A stretch of DNA of 64,000 bases, taken from positions 32,224-96,223 of the forward strand of contig JAFGGO010000108.1 in assembly GCA_016930515.1 (NCBI GenBank), given 5' to 3'. A program made the translations under genes and the position numbers. The notes beneath the pieces were generated by a model. It was not told the DNA's origin, made no database searches, and saw nothing but the letters and a program-made list of their open reading frames with translations. Below, piece after piece: positions 8,603 through 18,519 of this stretch. How positions within the stretch are numbered: position 1 is the stretch's first letter; each line of letters begins with the position of its first letter. The stretch is from Promethearchaeota archaeon. Its GTDB lineage: Archaea; Asgardarchaeota; Lokiarchaeia; Sigyniarchaeales; SOKP01.

Positions 8603-10198
8603 TTATAATTTCTTTTTTCGTATCCTATAGAGGACAAAAGAAATTCCACATAAACCCGCTAATCCAATTAACCAAGGTTCATAACCAGGAATTCCCCCAT
8701 TCTCTCCTGTTATTGCTGATGTATAGGCCGTAAAAGTGGGATCCTGCTCTATTGTCCCTCCAGCCCAATCTGGGAAGCAGGTAACATAATAAAATCCCAC
8801 ACTCACGCTAGATAGATGGCTTAAAATATAAGCAGCTAATAACACCCGAATACCGGCTCTTGTTTCAGTAAGATTTCCAATAAATCCCGCAATAAATGCG
8901 CCAAAACCCAAGATAGTTCCAAAATTAATAGGTGTCGAGACTAAGCCTCTACCCACAACAAATGTTGTAGATTCATGTTCTTCCGTGCCGTCGAGAGTAT
9001 AATTGCTCGTTTCATCAAAGTTTAACTTATAAACTGGATGTCCATTAATATAACAAGTGGCTGCTGGGATTTCATGTGTTATTTGACCGATTGTGGAACC
9101 AGTAGAATTTTGAAATCCTATTTCGCTTCCTGAACCTTCGTCTATGTTGAATCTCATGATATTTACCGTATTGATAACTGCAAGACTAAAACCTGGATAT
9201 ATCCCAAATCCACTTAACCTTGCTCCGATTCCTCCTCCAGCAGAATTGTTATAGTAACCTAGATAATAACCGCTACCTAAATTAAGAGAATCTCCTCCAA
9301 TAGCTGTAGAGATAATTTCTTCCCATTGTGAAAATACCCACAGATTAGTCATTTCACCAATGTTGTATTTGACTCTCGTAGTGACTTTTCCGTTATCTAT
9401 TGTAGTGATATATGTGAAATTGAGCTCCTCTATGACAGAGGCCGCAACAATGTTTCCCAAATTAGTAGACGAACTATCTAAACCTGCTGATACGCTTAAT
9501 GGTTGCCATAAAGTAAATACATTTTTATACGACATTCCATAGCTATATTCTGCACCAGTTGATGTTGTAGTTTTTTTCAAATTTATTGGTATTGCTTCAG
9601 TTTCAATTGAAGGATCGACGTGCATCCACGAAGGGGCTCCTGCATCATTAAGTCTTTCGTTAAGTAAAAGTCTATGATATCCTGAATAAAACGACCATCC
9701 CAAGAACATGTGATTTCTATTGCTAGGAAGTTCCGCTGGATCTGTTTTATAATCATAGTATGCCATCAATCCTAAAAACCTGTTCACAACAAATAAATGC
9801 GTCGCTGGATCGCCTCCAGGATTAAAATGCTGAACTAACAGCTGAAATGGTGCACACGCATATTCGCTTGAGTTATATCCATTGTCAAGATCCCAAGAAA
9901 AATTCTGCATTGCAATATATAGGGATTGAACACCCCCAACATTTGTATAGGTTTGATAGAACTTTGAATCAACATCTGTGATTGAATCGTTGTGAGTTGC
10001 TGTTCCGTTATAAACGCCGGGTTTGTAATCTTCTTCTAATTGAAATCCTAAAAAATCGTATGACACATCCCAATATTCTTCTGCAAACGAATGGTCGTAG
10101 AGGTTCTCTCCTGCAGCAGCTACTAATGGTGTGGCAAACGAAAGCATTAAAATGGATACAATGGTCATGCTTAATAATTTCTGTTTAAAATTTGCCAT
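8603..10198 (-). CDS. Secreted cell-surface glycoprotein with Loki-CTERM-like anchor
   Basis: N-terminal signal peptide, many N-x-S/T sequons, and C-terminal IPGY + TM helix + basic tail RIRKKKL. Confidence 0.8.
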   Translation of the reverse strand: MANFKQKLLSMTIVSILMLSFATPLVAAAGENLYDHSFAEEYWDVSYDFLGFQLEEDYKPGVYNGTATHNDSITDVDSKFYQTYTNVGGVQSLYIAMQNFSWDLDNGYNSSEYACAPFQLLVQHFNPGGDPATHLFVVNRFLGLMAYYDYKTDPAELPSNRNHMFLGWSFYSGYHRLLLNERLNDAGAPSWMHVDPSIETEAIPINLKKTTTSTGAEYSYGMSYKNVFTLWQPLSVSAGLDSSSTNLGNIVAASVIEELNFTYITTIDNGKVTTRVKYNIGEMTNLWVFSQWEEIISTAIGGDSLNLGSGYYLGYYNNSAGGGIGARLSGFGIYPGFSLAVINTVNIMRFNIDEGSGSEIGFQNSTGSTIGQITHEIPAATCYINGHPVYKLNFDETSNYTLDGTEEHESTTFVVGRGLVSTPINFGTILGFGAFIAGFIGNLTETRAGIRVLLAAYILSHLSSVSVGFYYVTCFPDWAGGTIEQDPTFTAYTSAITGENGGIPGYEPWLIGLAGLCGISFVLYRIRKKKL

Positions 10199-10362
10199 TT
10201 TTGTTCAAATTTATTGCTAATAGTTTGGATATATTTTTTATGGAAATTCAAGCATAAAAATATAACCCATAAATTAGAGCCTTAAGTTCTAAACAATGAA
10301 TTAAAACCAAGCAAACATGATTGGTTTTATAAAATACACCTTCTTTACGATTTATTTTTTGA

Positions 10363-10743
10363 TTAGATTTTGGCTAAATCTCGGCTTGCTATCACACTTG
10401 CATCAAGACCCAAAACATCTTTAACGAGCACTTGTCCCATTATTAGCGGTGCTTCAATTTCTAGCGTGGCAATTTCTCTCAAGACATCGTCTAATTTCTC
10501 CTTAGGAATGGGTACATTGGTTCTCACGGGAACGAGAGGCAACAGCCCGTTTTTCACGCGCATCGTGGTAGTTAGAATTCGTTTTGGAGAGATAAATTCC
10601 TCTTTAGCGTATTCTTCACCTCTCTTGCAGGTGTGTCCTTCCACGATGAGCTCTCCATTCACATTTTTCACATGAATCTCGCATCCTGTTGGGCAAACAA
10701 TACAACGCACGGTTTTTTCTCCTTCTGGTAAAACTTCAGTCAT
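10363..10743 (-). CDS. DUF1667 CxxC protein (third subunit of GlpA-like operon)
   Basis: CIVCPTGC...TCKRG motif. GGAGGA RBS at 10753-10758 favours a start at 10743 or 10749 over 10791. Confidence 0.85.
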   Translation of the reverse strand: MTEVLPEGEKTVRCIVCPTGCEIHVKNVNGELIVEGHTCKRGEEYAKEEFISPKRILTTTMRVKNGLLPLVPVRTNVPIPKEKLDDVLREIATLEIEAPLIMGQVLVKDVLGLDASVIASRDLAKI

Positions 10744-10759
10744 TTTCATCATTCCTCCT

Positions 10760-12088
10760 TTATATTGAGTTCCTCCACTTTTCAAAACCATTCCGATTAT
10801 TGATGAGAACTTCTGGTTCTGGAATCACTTCTATCTCCATTGCTTTAGTTTCTTGGTTCAAGCCAATCTCTTCTAAATTCACATTTAATTCGATCATTTC
10901 GCTCGGTAAGACATATCTCCTCTTTTTTTTAAAAAAGACCTTGTTATTGTCGTCTTTAAATTGTATTAAAACCCTTCGTTCGGGGTGTTTTACTCGAAAC
11001 GAAAAAATTACATCCTTTGAAAGGTCTTTCGTGTTTATCAAGTCCGGCTTCACGTAATTCACGTTTTCTCCTGCGCTACACTTTATTTTTCTCTTTTTTT
11101 CGGAACACTTTCCAAACTTGTTGTCGATGTAATCAACAGCATTTAATCCTGCTCGTTTTGCTTCAGCGACCACTAGATCCACGAGGTCGTGTACCTGTAA
11201 TACGTTACCGCACGCAAAAATACCCTCTGAGGTGGTTTGAAGGTTATTATCTATTGTCGGCCCTCCATTTGAAGATATTTCCGCACCGCAATTTTGTGTG
11301 AGTTCGTTTTCTGGAATCAAACCAACTGACAAGAGCAAGGTATCACATTCAATAAAGCGGTCAGTTCCGATGATTCTATCAAACTTGCGATCAACTTTTG
11401 AGATCGTCACCCCCTTGACTCGATTTCTTCCATGAATCTTGGTTACGGTATAACTCGTGATGAGTGGAATGTCGTAATCCTCCAAGCACTGGACTTGATT
11501 TCTTAAGAGTCCGCTGACGTATGGTTGAATCTCGACAACTGCTTTTACTTGACACCCTTCCCATGTCAATCTCCTCGCCATGATCATTCCAATATCCCCG
11601 CTTCCTAAAATCACATAAGTCCTCCCTGGAAGGTAGCCTTCAATGTTGACGAATCTTTGCGCCTGACCTGCCGTATAAATTCCCGAGGGTCTAAATCCTG
11701 GCATGTTAATCGAACCTCGAGTTCTTTCGCGACATCCCATGCTTAGTATGATCGCCTTGGCATTTATCTCAATAAGTCCCTCGTCCTTATTTATAGCGTG
11801 AATGACCTTGTCTTCTGATAGCTTTATGACCATTGTTTCTAACTTGTAGGGAATTTCAAGTCGTTTAACCTCGTTGATGAATCTTTGAACGAACTCAGGT
11901 CCAGTCAGTTCCTCTTTAAATTCGTGAAGTCCAAATCCGTTGTGAATACATTGAAGCGTAATTCCTCCCAATTCCTTGTCTCTTTCGAGTATGAGGACGT
12001 TCTTGTTCTCCTTTTTTACGACTATTGCAGCTGCTAACCCTGCAGAACCACCACCTATGATCGCTACATCTGTCTCGTATTTTTTCAC
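10760..12088 (-). CDS. NAD(P)/FAD-dependent oxidoreductase (partner of GlpA-like dehydrogenase)
   Basis: GGGSAG dinucleotide fold, LQCIHNGFG, GCRERTRG, GSGDIG and GNVLQVHDLVD. Confidence 0.9.
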   Translation of the reverse strand: MKKYETDVAIIGGGSAGLAAAIVVKKENKNVLILERDKELGGITLQCIHNGFGLHEFKEELTGPEFVQRFINEVKRLEIPYKLETMVIKLSEDKVIHAINKDEGLIEINAKAIILSMGCRERTRGSINMPGFRPSGIYTAGQAQRFVNIEGYLPGRTYVILGSGDIGMIMARRLTWEGCQVKAVVEIQPYVSGLLRNQVQCLEDYDIPLITSYTVTKIHGRNRVKGVTISKVDRKFDRIIGTDRFIECDTLLLSVGLIPENELTQNCGAEISSNGGPTIDNNLQTTSEGIFACGNVLQVHDLVDLVVAEAKRAGLNAVDYIDNKFGKCSEKKRKIKCSAGENVNYVKPDLINTKDLSKDVIFSFRVKHPERRVLIQFKDDNNKVFFKKKRRYVLPSEMIELNVNLEEIGLNQETKAMEIEVIPEPEVLINNRNGFEKWRNSI

Positions 12089-12091
12089 GAT

Positions 12092-13609
12092 TTATAAAGC
12101 CCCCTTTCGTTTGAGTTCAGTTAAAATCCTATCCTTTGTCCTGCATACAACTATGTTTGTATCATCTCCTCTTTTAGTGATTTCTTCATATGGGAGGTTT
12201 AATTCCTTGGATAAAAGTTCTATGATTCGTGGTCTGCAAAAACCGCCTTGACATCTTCCCATGCCTGGTCTGCAACGAAACTTTACGCCATCAACAGTTC
12301 TTGCTCCAACAGGAGCTCGAATTGCGTTTAAAATTTCCTTTTCTGGAACCGTTTCGCACCGACACACAATCCTACCCCATGAGGGGTCTTCTTTTATTTT
12401 TAAATCTATTTCATCATTTGAAAAATTCACGAAACGTTCGGGTTTTGGTCGATATGGATTATAATCTTCTTTTTTCTTCATGGTTAAGCCGAGTAGTTCA
12501 AGAAATTCTTGTACTTTCTCGGCAATAGAAAAACAGGAAGAAAGTCCGGGGGATAATATTCCAGCAACATTAATAAATCCGTAAACATCCGTGTTATCAA
12601 TAATAAAATCCATTGATTCTGGTACAGCTCTCAAACCAGCAAAATTTCTAATCGTGCTTTTCAACGGCAAGTTAGGAACGAGTTTCATTCCTCCCTCCAA
12701 TACTTCCTTTAATCCTGCAGTTGTTGTGGACAGATCGTCTATATCAACTATATTTTGGGCGTTTGGTCCTGCAAATGTGTTTCCGTGTATTGTTGGACAT
12801 ACCAAAATACCTTTCGATACTTTAGTCGGGGATGGAAATAGGATTTTATTTAGTCGAATGGAATTTCTATCAAATAAAATATATTCTCCCTTGCGCGGTA
12901 TGATGTCAAAATAATCCAAACCAAGCATCTTGGATATCCTTGAAGAATAAAGTCCCGCAGCGTTGATTAGGTGACTTCCTTGAAACTCTTCCGTTCTGGT
13001 TTTAACGTGAAACACATAATCCTGGTGCTTGATCTTAATTACTTCTTGATTACGGAAAAATTTAACTCCATTTGTAGCGGCATTTTCTGCCAAGGCAAAG
13101 GTCATTTCGTAGGGACTTACGATACCAGCAGAAGGGGCGTGAAGGACAGCAACAACCTCGGGTGTTAAATTTGGTTCCATCTTTAGAATTTTTTCCTTAT
13201 CGAAAATCACTTCCAAACCAGGAATACCGTCTTGTATGCCGTTTTTTCGATAAGTTTCCAATTCTTCTATTTGATAATCTTCCAATGCAACCACGAAAGA
13301 TCCTATCCTTCGAAGAGGAAAATTCAATTCCTCTTGTGCTTTAGTATACAATTGATTACCATGTATACAGAGATTCCGCTTGGTATATTTTCTATCTGCC
13401 GCGTAACCTGCGTGTACCACTCCTGAGTTAGCCTTCGTCGTTCCCGAAGCGATATCTGCTTCTTTTTCCAATAATGCAATGTTAATATCGTACTTCGAAA
13501 GAGTTCGAGCTATAGCACAACCTATTACCCCTCCACCTACGATGATCACGTCATAAATCAATTGAACGATTACCCAATAGTCGAGTGTTTTATTTATCTT
13601 ATGATACAA
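12092..13609 (-). CDS. glpA: FAD-dependent glycerol-3-phosphate dehydrogenase-like protein (GlpA/LhgO family) with BFD-like [2Fe-2S] domain
   Basis: GGGVIG, TTKANSGVVHAG, and C-terminal CRCE...GRCQGGFC. The true start may be the TTG at 13561. Confidence 0.8.
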   Translation of the reverse strand: MYHKINKTLDYWVIVQLIYDVIIVGGGVIGCAIARTLSKYDINIALLEKEADIASGTTKANSGVVHAGYAADRKYTKRNLCIHGNQLYTKAQEELNFPLRRIGSFVVALEDYQIEELETYRKNGIQDGIPGLEVIFDKEKILKMEPNLTPEVVAVLHAPSAGIVSPYEMTFALAENAATNGVKFFRNQEVIKIKHQDYVFHVKTRTEEFQGSHLINAAGLYSSRISKMLGLDYFDIIPRKGEYILFDRNSIRLNKILFPSPTKVSKGILVCPTIHGNTFAGPNAQNIVDIDDLSTTTAGLKEVLEGGMKLVPNLPLKSTIRNFAGLRAVPESMDFIIDNTDVYGFINVAGILSPGLSSCFSIAEKVQEFLELLGLTMKKKEDYNPYRPKPERFVNFSNDEIDLKIKEDPSWGRIVCRCETVPEKEILNAIRAPVGARTVDGVKFRCRPGMGRCQGGFCRPRIIELLSKELNLPYEEITKRGDDTNIVVCRTKDRILTELKRKGAL

Positions 13610-13746
13610 TAAGTAGTAAATAAATTATTAGTTTTTTCTTCGTTTTTTTCTAAATGGTTTAGAATAATCAAAATCTAGAAAATCTTGCTATATCCTAACG
13701 AGTAATTATGGACTTATTTTTAACATGAATTGGGTGTATTCAAATA

Positions 13747-15006
13747 TTACGGGAGGATATAATCCTTTCCAAATGTTTTATCTGTGAAAATATATATTTT
13801 ATCGGCTCCAGAGGTTGTTGGAACTCCATTTACCTTCAATTCAATTATCAAATTTTTCTTATTTGTTCCCCTCGGCGTTTTCTTAACTTCATTTCCCTCG
13901 AGCTTTAACATTTCGACCTTTTGATGAATGTAAGTGTCAGTTGTTCTTCCCATTATTATTATATCGTCATTTTGAGCTAAATAACCGTTATTAAGCGATA
14001 TCAATGCAGTATTAGGTGGTTTATAATCAATCACGCTCCCAACTCTTATGTAACGATAATGTGAAAGGTTAGATGGTGACCTATGCTGTTGATCCTCCTC
14101 CGTTACTCTTTTAAAATAAAAACCCGTTGTAAATCCTCTATTGTACACTTTTTTTAATTCGGTCACCCACTTACCAGCCTTTTTTTTTGAAAAAGATCCA
14201 TCGTAATATGCATCAATAGCTTCTCGATATACCTTGCTCACGACTTCAACATAATGTGGGTGCCTCATCCTTCCTTCTATCTTAAAACAATCAATATTAG
14301 CTTCGATTAATTCGGGTATATGGGCGATCGTACATAACTCACGCGAATTCATAAAGCGAACACCATCGTATATATATTCCGTACCCTCTTCTTCTCTTAC
14401 CCACCACCGCCTTCTGCACGGTTGAACGCAACTTCCCCTATTTGCAGATTTTTCTTCGGTACCACAAATATCCTGCGAAAAATAGCATCTCCCGCTCACC
14501 GAACTACACATGGCCCCGTGAACGAAAACCTCGATTTCAGAACTTGTTAAATTGCGCTTGACTTCCTTGATTTTCTCTAAGGAAAGTTCTCTTGCTAGAA
14601 TGATCCTTCTTGCGCCCAAATTCTCGTAAAATTTAGCTGACAAAGAATTCGAGACATTACATTGCGTAGAAATGTGAAAAGGCACTTCTAATTGTCGTGC
14701 CATTTCTAATATGGCAATATCGTGAATAATAACGGCGTCAATTCCTGCCTCACTCGCTCTTGTTATGAGGTCCCTAATAGATTCGATCTCGTTGTCGTAA
14801 ACAAGGATATTCGTTGCCAAATAGGCTTTAAGCTCGTTATCGTGGCAAAAATTAACAACTTTATTAATATCTTCTAACGAAAAATTTTCAGAACGGATTC
14901 TCATGTTATAATTGTCAACACCAAAATACACGGAATCTGCAAAACCAATTGCCGCCTTAATCGCTTTTAAATTCTTAGCAGGTGCGAGCAGTTCTACCCT
15001 TTTCAT
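13747..15006 (-). CDS. U32 family protein (TrhP/RlhA-like RNA hydroxylase, 'peptidase U32')
   Basis: ELLAPA, HISTQ, EVFVHGAMCSSVSGRC, NRGSCVQPCR and KIEGRM. Confidence 0.9.
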   Translation of the reverse strand: MKRVELLAPAKNLKAIKAAIGFADSVYFGVDNYNMRIRSENFSLEDINKVVNFCHDNELKAYLATNILVYDNEIESIRDLITRASEAGIDAVIIHDIAILEMARQLEVPFHISTQCNVSNSLSAKFYENLGARRIILARELSLEKIKEVKRNLTSSEIEVFVHGAMCSSVSGRCYFSQDICGTEEKSANRGSCVQPCRRRWWVREEEGTEYIYDGVRFMNSRELCTIAHIPELIEANIDCFKIEGRMRHPHYVEVVSKVYREAIDAYYDGSFSKKKAGKWVTELKKVYNRGFTTGFYFKRVTEEDQQHRSPSNLSHYRYIRVGSVIDYKPPNTALISLNNGYLAQNDDIIIMGRTTDTYIHQKVEMLKLEGNEVKKTPRGTNKKNLIIELKVNGVPTTSGADKIYIFTDKTFGKDYILP

Positions 15007-15059
15007 TTTTAGAATCCGTCTTAATCGATAATATAAAGAAAAAGCACGATTTTTTGGTT

Positions 15060-15596
15060 TTAATTCAAATGAATTTTATTTTTTAGAGCAGCTTTTTTTG
15101 TAAGCTCGGTAAAGGCTTCCTCAACGCTTTGACCTGTTTTTGCTGATGTCTGGATGTAAATGCTATTCTTTTCGTTGGCAAACTCAAGAGCCTTGTTTTT
15201 CTTTATTGTAGAACCGATCTCTTTAATTAAATCTAGTTTATTCCCAATCAGAATGAATGGTACATCATTCCCACAGTATTTAAGCAATTCAGGATACCAA
15301 GTATTTATAACTTTTTGAAAGGTGTCTGGACGAGTAAGATCAAAAATTAATAAAGCACCGCTCGTTCCACTATAATAATTACTACGCATGGTTTTAAACC
15401 TTTCCTGTCCTCCAACATCCCAAATTGTTAGCGTAACCTCGTCTTCTTTAAACTTTACCTTTTTATTCAAGAAATCAACGCCCATCGTCATTCTATACGA
15501 TTGACTAAACTGATTGTTGATGAATCGGTTAAGAAGGCTCGTTTTTCCTACTGACCCTGGTCCGAGAAGCGTCAGTTTTAAGTGATATTCTACCAT
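15060..15596 (-). CDS. Rab-like small GTPase
   Basis: GPGSVGKT, TMGVDF, WDVGGQERF, NKLD and TSAK; no C-terminal prenylation Cys. Confidence 0.93.
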   Translation of the reverse strand: MVEYHLKLTLLGPGSVGKTSLLNRFINNQFSQSYRMTMGVDFLNKKVKFKEDEVTLTIWDVGGQERFKTMRSNYYSGTSGALLIFDLTRPDTFQKVINTWYPELLKYCGNDVPFILIGNKLDLIKEIGSTIKKNKALEFANEKNSIYIQTSAKTGQSVEEAFTELTKKAALKNKIHLN

Positions 15597-15772
15597 GTTT
15601 TTCCAAGAATCTCCTGTTTTCTTTTTTGTTATTTTATTAAAGATTTAATAGTATATAAAATCCATATAGAGCAGTAAAAAAATCCGAAAATAAATATTTA
15701 AGTGATATTAAGGATTGAATTTCTCAACTCGATCCGATTTTTTTAAAATCACAATAATAGAGTGGTTAAATT

Positions 15773-16246
15773 ATGGAGGAGCAAAAACATGAGCGCATCT
15801 CTGAAAAAGATTATTTTATGAAAATTGCAGAGGTTGTTGCCCAAAGGTCCACCTGCATAAGAAGATCTGTAGGCGCTGTTCTCGTGAAGGATTCTCATAT
15901 TATTTCGACGGGATACAACGGCGCGCCGTCAGGGTTTAAACATTGTACGGAAGAATCGTGTGTTAGGAAAAACCTCAAGAGTGGAGTGAATCACGAGCTT
16001 TGTCGGGGGGTGCATGCCGAGATCAACTGCATCATTCAAGCGGCACTTCACGGGACTTTGATCCAAGGTAATACAACACTCTATTGTACTACATTTCCTT
16101 GCATGAGTTGTTTGAAACTGATCATTAACGCGGGTATTAAAAACATCGTTTATAAGGAAGGATATAACATGGAAAATCAGATCAAGCAGGATTTGATAAA
16201 AGAATCTGATTTAAACATTGAAAAATATATTCTGGAGGGGCACTAA
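15773..16246 (+). CDS. dCMP deaminase family protein
   Basis: RSTC, STGYNG, HAE and PCMSC zinc motifs. Confidence 0.92.
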   Translation: MEEQKHERISEKDYFMKIAEVVAQRSTCIRRSVGAVLVKDSHIISTGYNGAPSGFKHCTEESCVRKNLKSGVNHELCRGVHAEINCIIQAALHGTLIQGNTTLYCTTFPCMSCLKLIINAGIKNIVYKEGYNMENQIKQDLIKESDLNIEKYILEGH

Positions 16247-16334
16247 TAATTCAACTAACAGAACAGGTCCAACTTAAAAAAACGCCCGAACTATCTCATG
16301 TCTGCCATTTGGCAAAAAACCTTTATAATAGCAG

Positions 16335-16718
16335 TTATTTAATGTATTTTTTCATTATATAGATATCAGCAAGCTCTTCTTTAATAAAAGCAATATGTTC
16401 GATATCCATCATAATTTCATCAATTTTTATTGCATTTTTTAAATTTTCTATGGCCTTATCGTAATTATTTTCTGATTTAAATAGCAATCCAAGGTTAGTA
16501 AATAAAATACGATTATTAAGTTTATTTCCCATTTTATCATTGAGTTTAATTGCTTCCTCGTAAAAAGGTAACGCTTGGTCAGTACCGCCAGCTCGATGAT
16601 AATTAATCGCAATATTTGATAAAATACCAGCTTTCTGTATTAAATCTCCCGTGTTTTCAGGATATTTCAACGCCTTAAAACACTTGTATAAATCAAATTT
16701 TCCTTTATTTAGATTGGT
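16335..16718 (-). pseudogene. Short TPR-repeat protein, probably a truncated remnant
   Basis: About 2-3 TPR-like repeats (LSNIA..., FTNLG...A). The frame continues only to a TAA at 16719-16721 with no ATG. Confidence 0.5.
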
Positions 16719-16757
16719 TTAATTTGTTGAATAAGTCTAATTTTTTTTTAAACTTCA

Positions 16758-17639
16758 CTAATTTATTTTTTCAGCGATGATAAAAATGTGATGCTCGGGG
16801 ACTAATGGTTCGTCAATGCCAACATAATCCGTTTGAATTATTTGAAATCCACACGAATTTAGAATCTTTTTCCACTCCTCTATTTTTAGAAAATTAAGAG
16901 GTACATTGATGTCTTGATGCCCTATCACTCGATTGTAAAACCAGTCAAAAAAACTATTTGTCATGTAAATTTTATCGTCGTCAATATATGCCTCTTTAAT
17001 GATTAACCTATTTTTTGTAACTCTTGTTGCTTCTTCTAATAACTGCTTGGGATTATTCGAATGATGTAAAACAGTATATAAAATTGTAGTGTCTACTTCG
17101 TTATTTTTTAACGGTAATTCCGCTTCTGGTTTGCATAAAATAAGTGGTAAACCAGATTCGTTATAATCGACAACATCAACCAAAATTACTTCTTTTGCAA
17201 GATTTATTTTTATTTGTAAGGCTAATAATCCGTCGCCTGCTCCGAGATCAAGAATTCTTTCCCCGGTGAGATACTTTCTGATATTTTCAAAATTTAATTT
17301 AGCTCTATTGAATGCAATGTGTTTTGTGTTTATTTCTCCGTTAGCACGCTTTTTAATGAATGCACGTAAAATACATTCTATTTCAAGAAGAGATTTTCTT
17401 GCTTTTACGCCCTTGGATATAACTCGATTTACATAAAACCAAAAAATTGAGCTTTTTAAAGAGCTTATATTAGCATTTTTCATTGCTGATAATAATAAGG
17501 ATCTAATTTCTTCCAAATAATGTTTGGTTTGTTTATTTTTTTTAGAAAATATGAGATTTACTAGTTGTTCTGGTTTACTCACATCATTGTTGTCAGTAGG
17601 ATTATTAAATATGATTACTTCTCCTGCCTTTTGAGTCAT
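16758..17639 (-). CDS. Class I SAM-dependent methyltransferase
   Basis: ILDLGAGDG, VLHH and EEATRV motifs. Start placed at MTQKAG (17639) to avoid overlap with the operator region. Confidence 0.85.
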   Translation of the reverse strand: MTQKAGEVIIFNNPTDNNDVSKPEQLVNLIFSKKNKQTKHYLEEIRSLLLSAMKNANISSLKSSIFWFYVNRVISKGVKARKSLLEIECILRAFIKKRANGEINTKHIAFNRAKLNFENIRKYLTGERILDLGAGDGLLALQIKINLAKEVILVDVVDYNESGLPLILCKPEAELPLKNNEVDTTILYTVLHHSNNPKQLLEEATRVTKNRLIIKEAYIDDDKIYMTNSFFDWFYNRVIGHQDINVPLNFLKIEEWKKILNSCGFQIIQTDYVGIDEPLVPEHHIFIIAEKIN

Positions 17640-17671
17640 TTTTTTATAAAATATTATATTGATTTTAGTAA

Positions 17672-17714
17672 ATGAGTTTTTGCTCACTTATAAACTTTAT
17701 GAGCAATTGCTCAT
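17672..17714. promoter_or_regulatory. Twin palindromic operators flanking a TATA box (probable TetR sites)
   Basis: Perfect 16-bp palindrome ATGAGCAATTGCTCAT (17699-17714) and imperfect copy ATGAGTTTTTGCTCAC (17672-17687), on either side of TTATAAA, between divergent genes. Confidence 0.75.
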
Positions 17715-17728
17715 TTAAAGTAATTGTC

Positions 17729-18343
17729 ATGTCAAACAAAAAATTTAGTCGAAATAAAGAGGAAAAAATAGAGCTGATCTATGAAACTTTCTTTAATCTA
17801 GTCCTAAAAAAAGGATATCATAAAATAAGTACAAATCACATAGCTAAAACTGCAAAAATTAGCATTGGTACGATATATAAATATTTTCCTAAAGGGAAAG
17901 AAGATATTATGAGAAAATATTTCGAAACTTCAATGGAAGAAATATTAAATATTAACGATTTAATTGTTATAAATGATGATAATATTAGATCGTTCCTCAA
18001 TCGATTTATTATGGATTTATATAAGAACCATGAAAAAAAGGTAGGATATAATTTAGCTTTAAGATCTGCTATACAAGCTGATAAGCAATTGCTTGAAGCT
18101 CATAAAAACAAGATTGAACTTACATTTAAAGAAATTGCTCAGCATTTGAGAAAGAAAAACAATAATTTTAGGCAAATACCCGAGGAAAAATTGATTGAAA
18201 TTTTTATTTTTTTATATAATCTCATAAATGCGATTATTTACCATCACTTAGCAATAATGAAATTATTTGAAAGTAGTGATAGATTGGTTGTTTACCTTTC
18301 AAACTTAGTGGCTTTTTCCTTGGATTATTTAAGTAAATCTTAA
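17729..18343 (+). CDS. TetR/AcrR family transcriptional regulator
   Basis: GYHKISTNHIAKTAKISIGTIYKYFP HTH; likely start is MSNKK at 17729. Confidence 0.92.
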   Translation: MSNKKFSRNKEEKIELIYETFFNLVLKKGYHKISTNHIAKTAKISIGTIYKYFPKGKEDIMRKYFETSMEEILNINDLIVINDDNIRSFLNRFIMDLYKNHEKKVGYNLALRSAIQADKQLLEAHKNKIELTFKEIAQHLRKKNNNFRQIPEEKLIEIFIFLYNLINAIIYHHLAIMKLFESSDRLVVYLSNLVAFSLDYLSKS

Positions 18344-18519
18344 TCTAGAAACTGCCTTTTTAATGTATTTTATATGAAATTTCTTAGATTCATTGCTCTT
18401 TTTCGTATGATATACTGGGAATATTAATAAATTCAAAAAAACTTCAGTATATGATATTTTGATTATATCAATCAAAAATAACTATAATTATTGCAATTTA
18501 ATATGAAATGAATTTTTAG

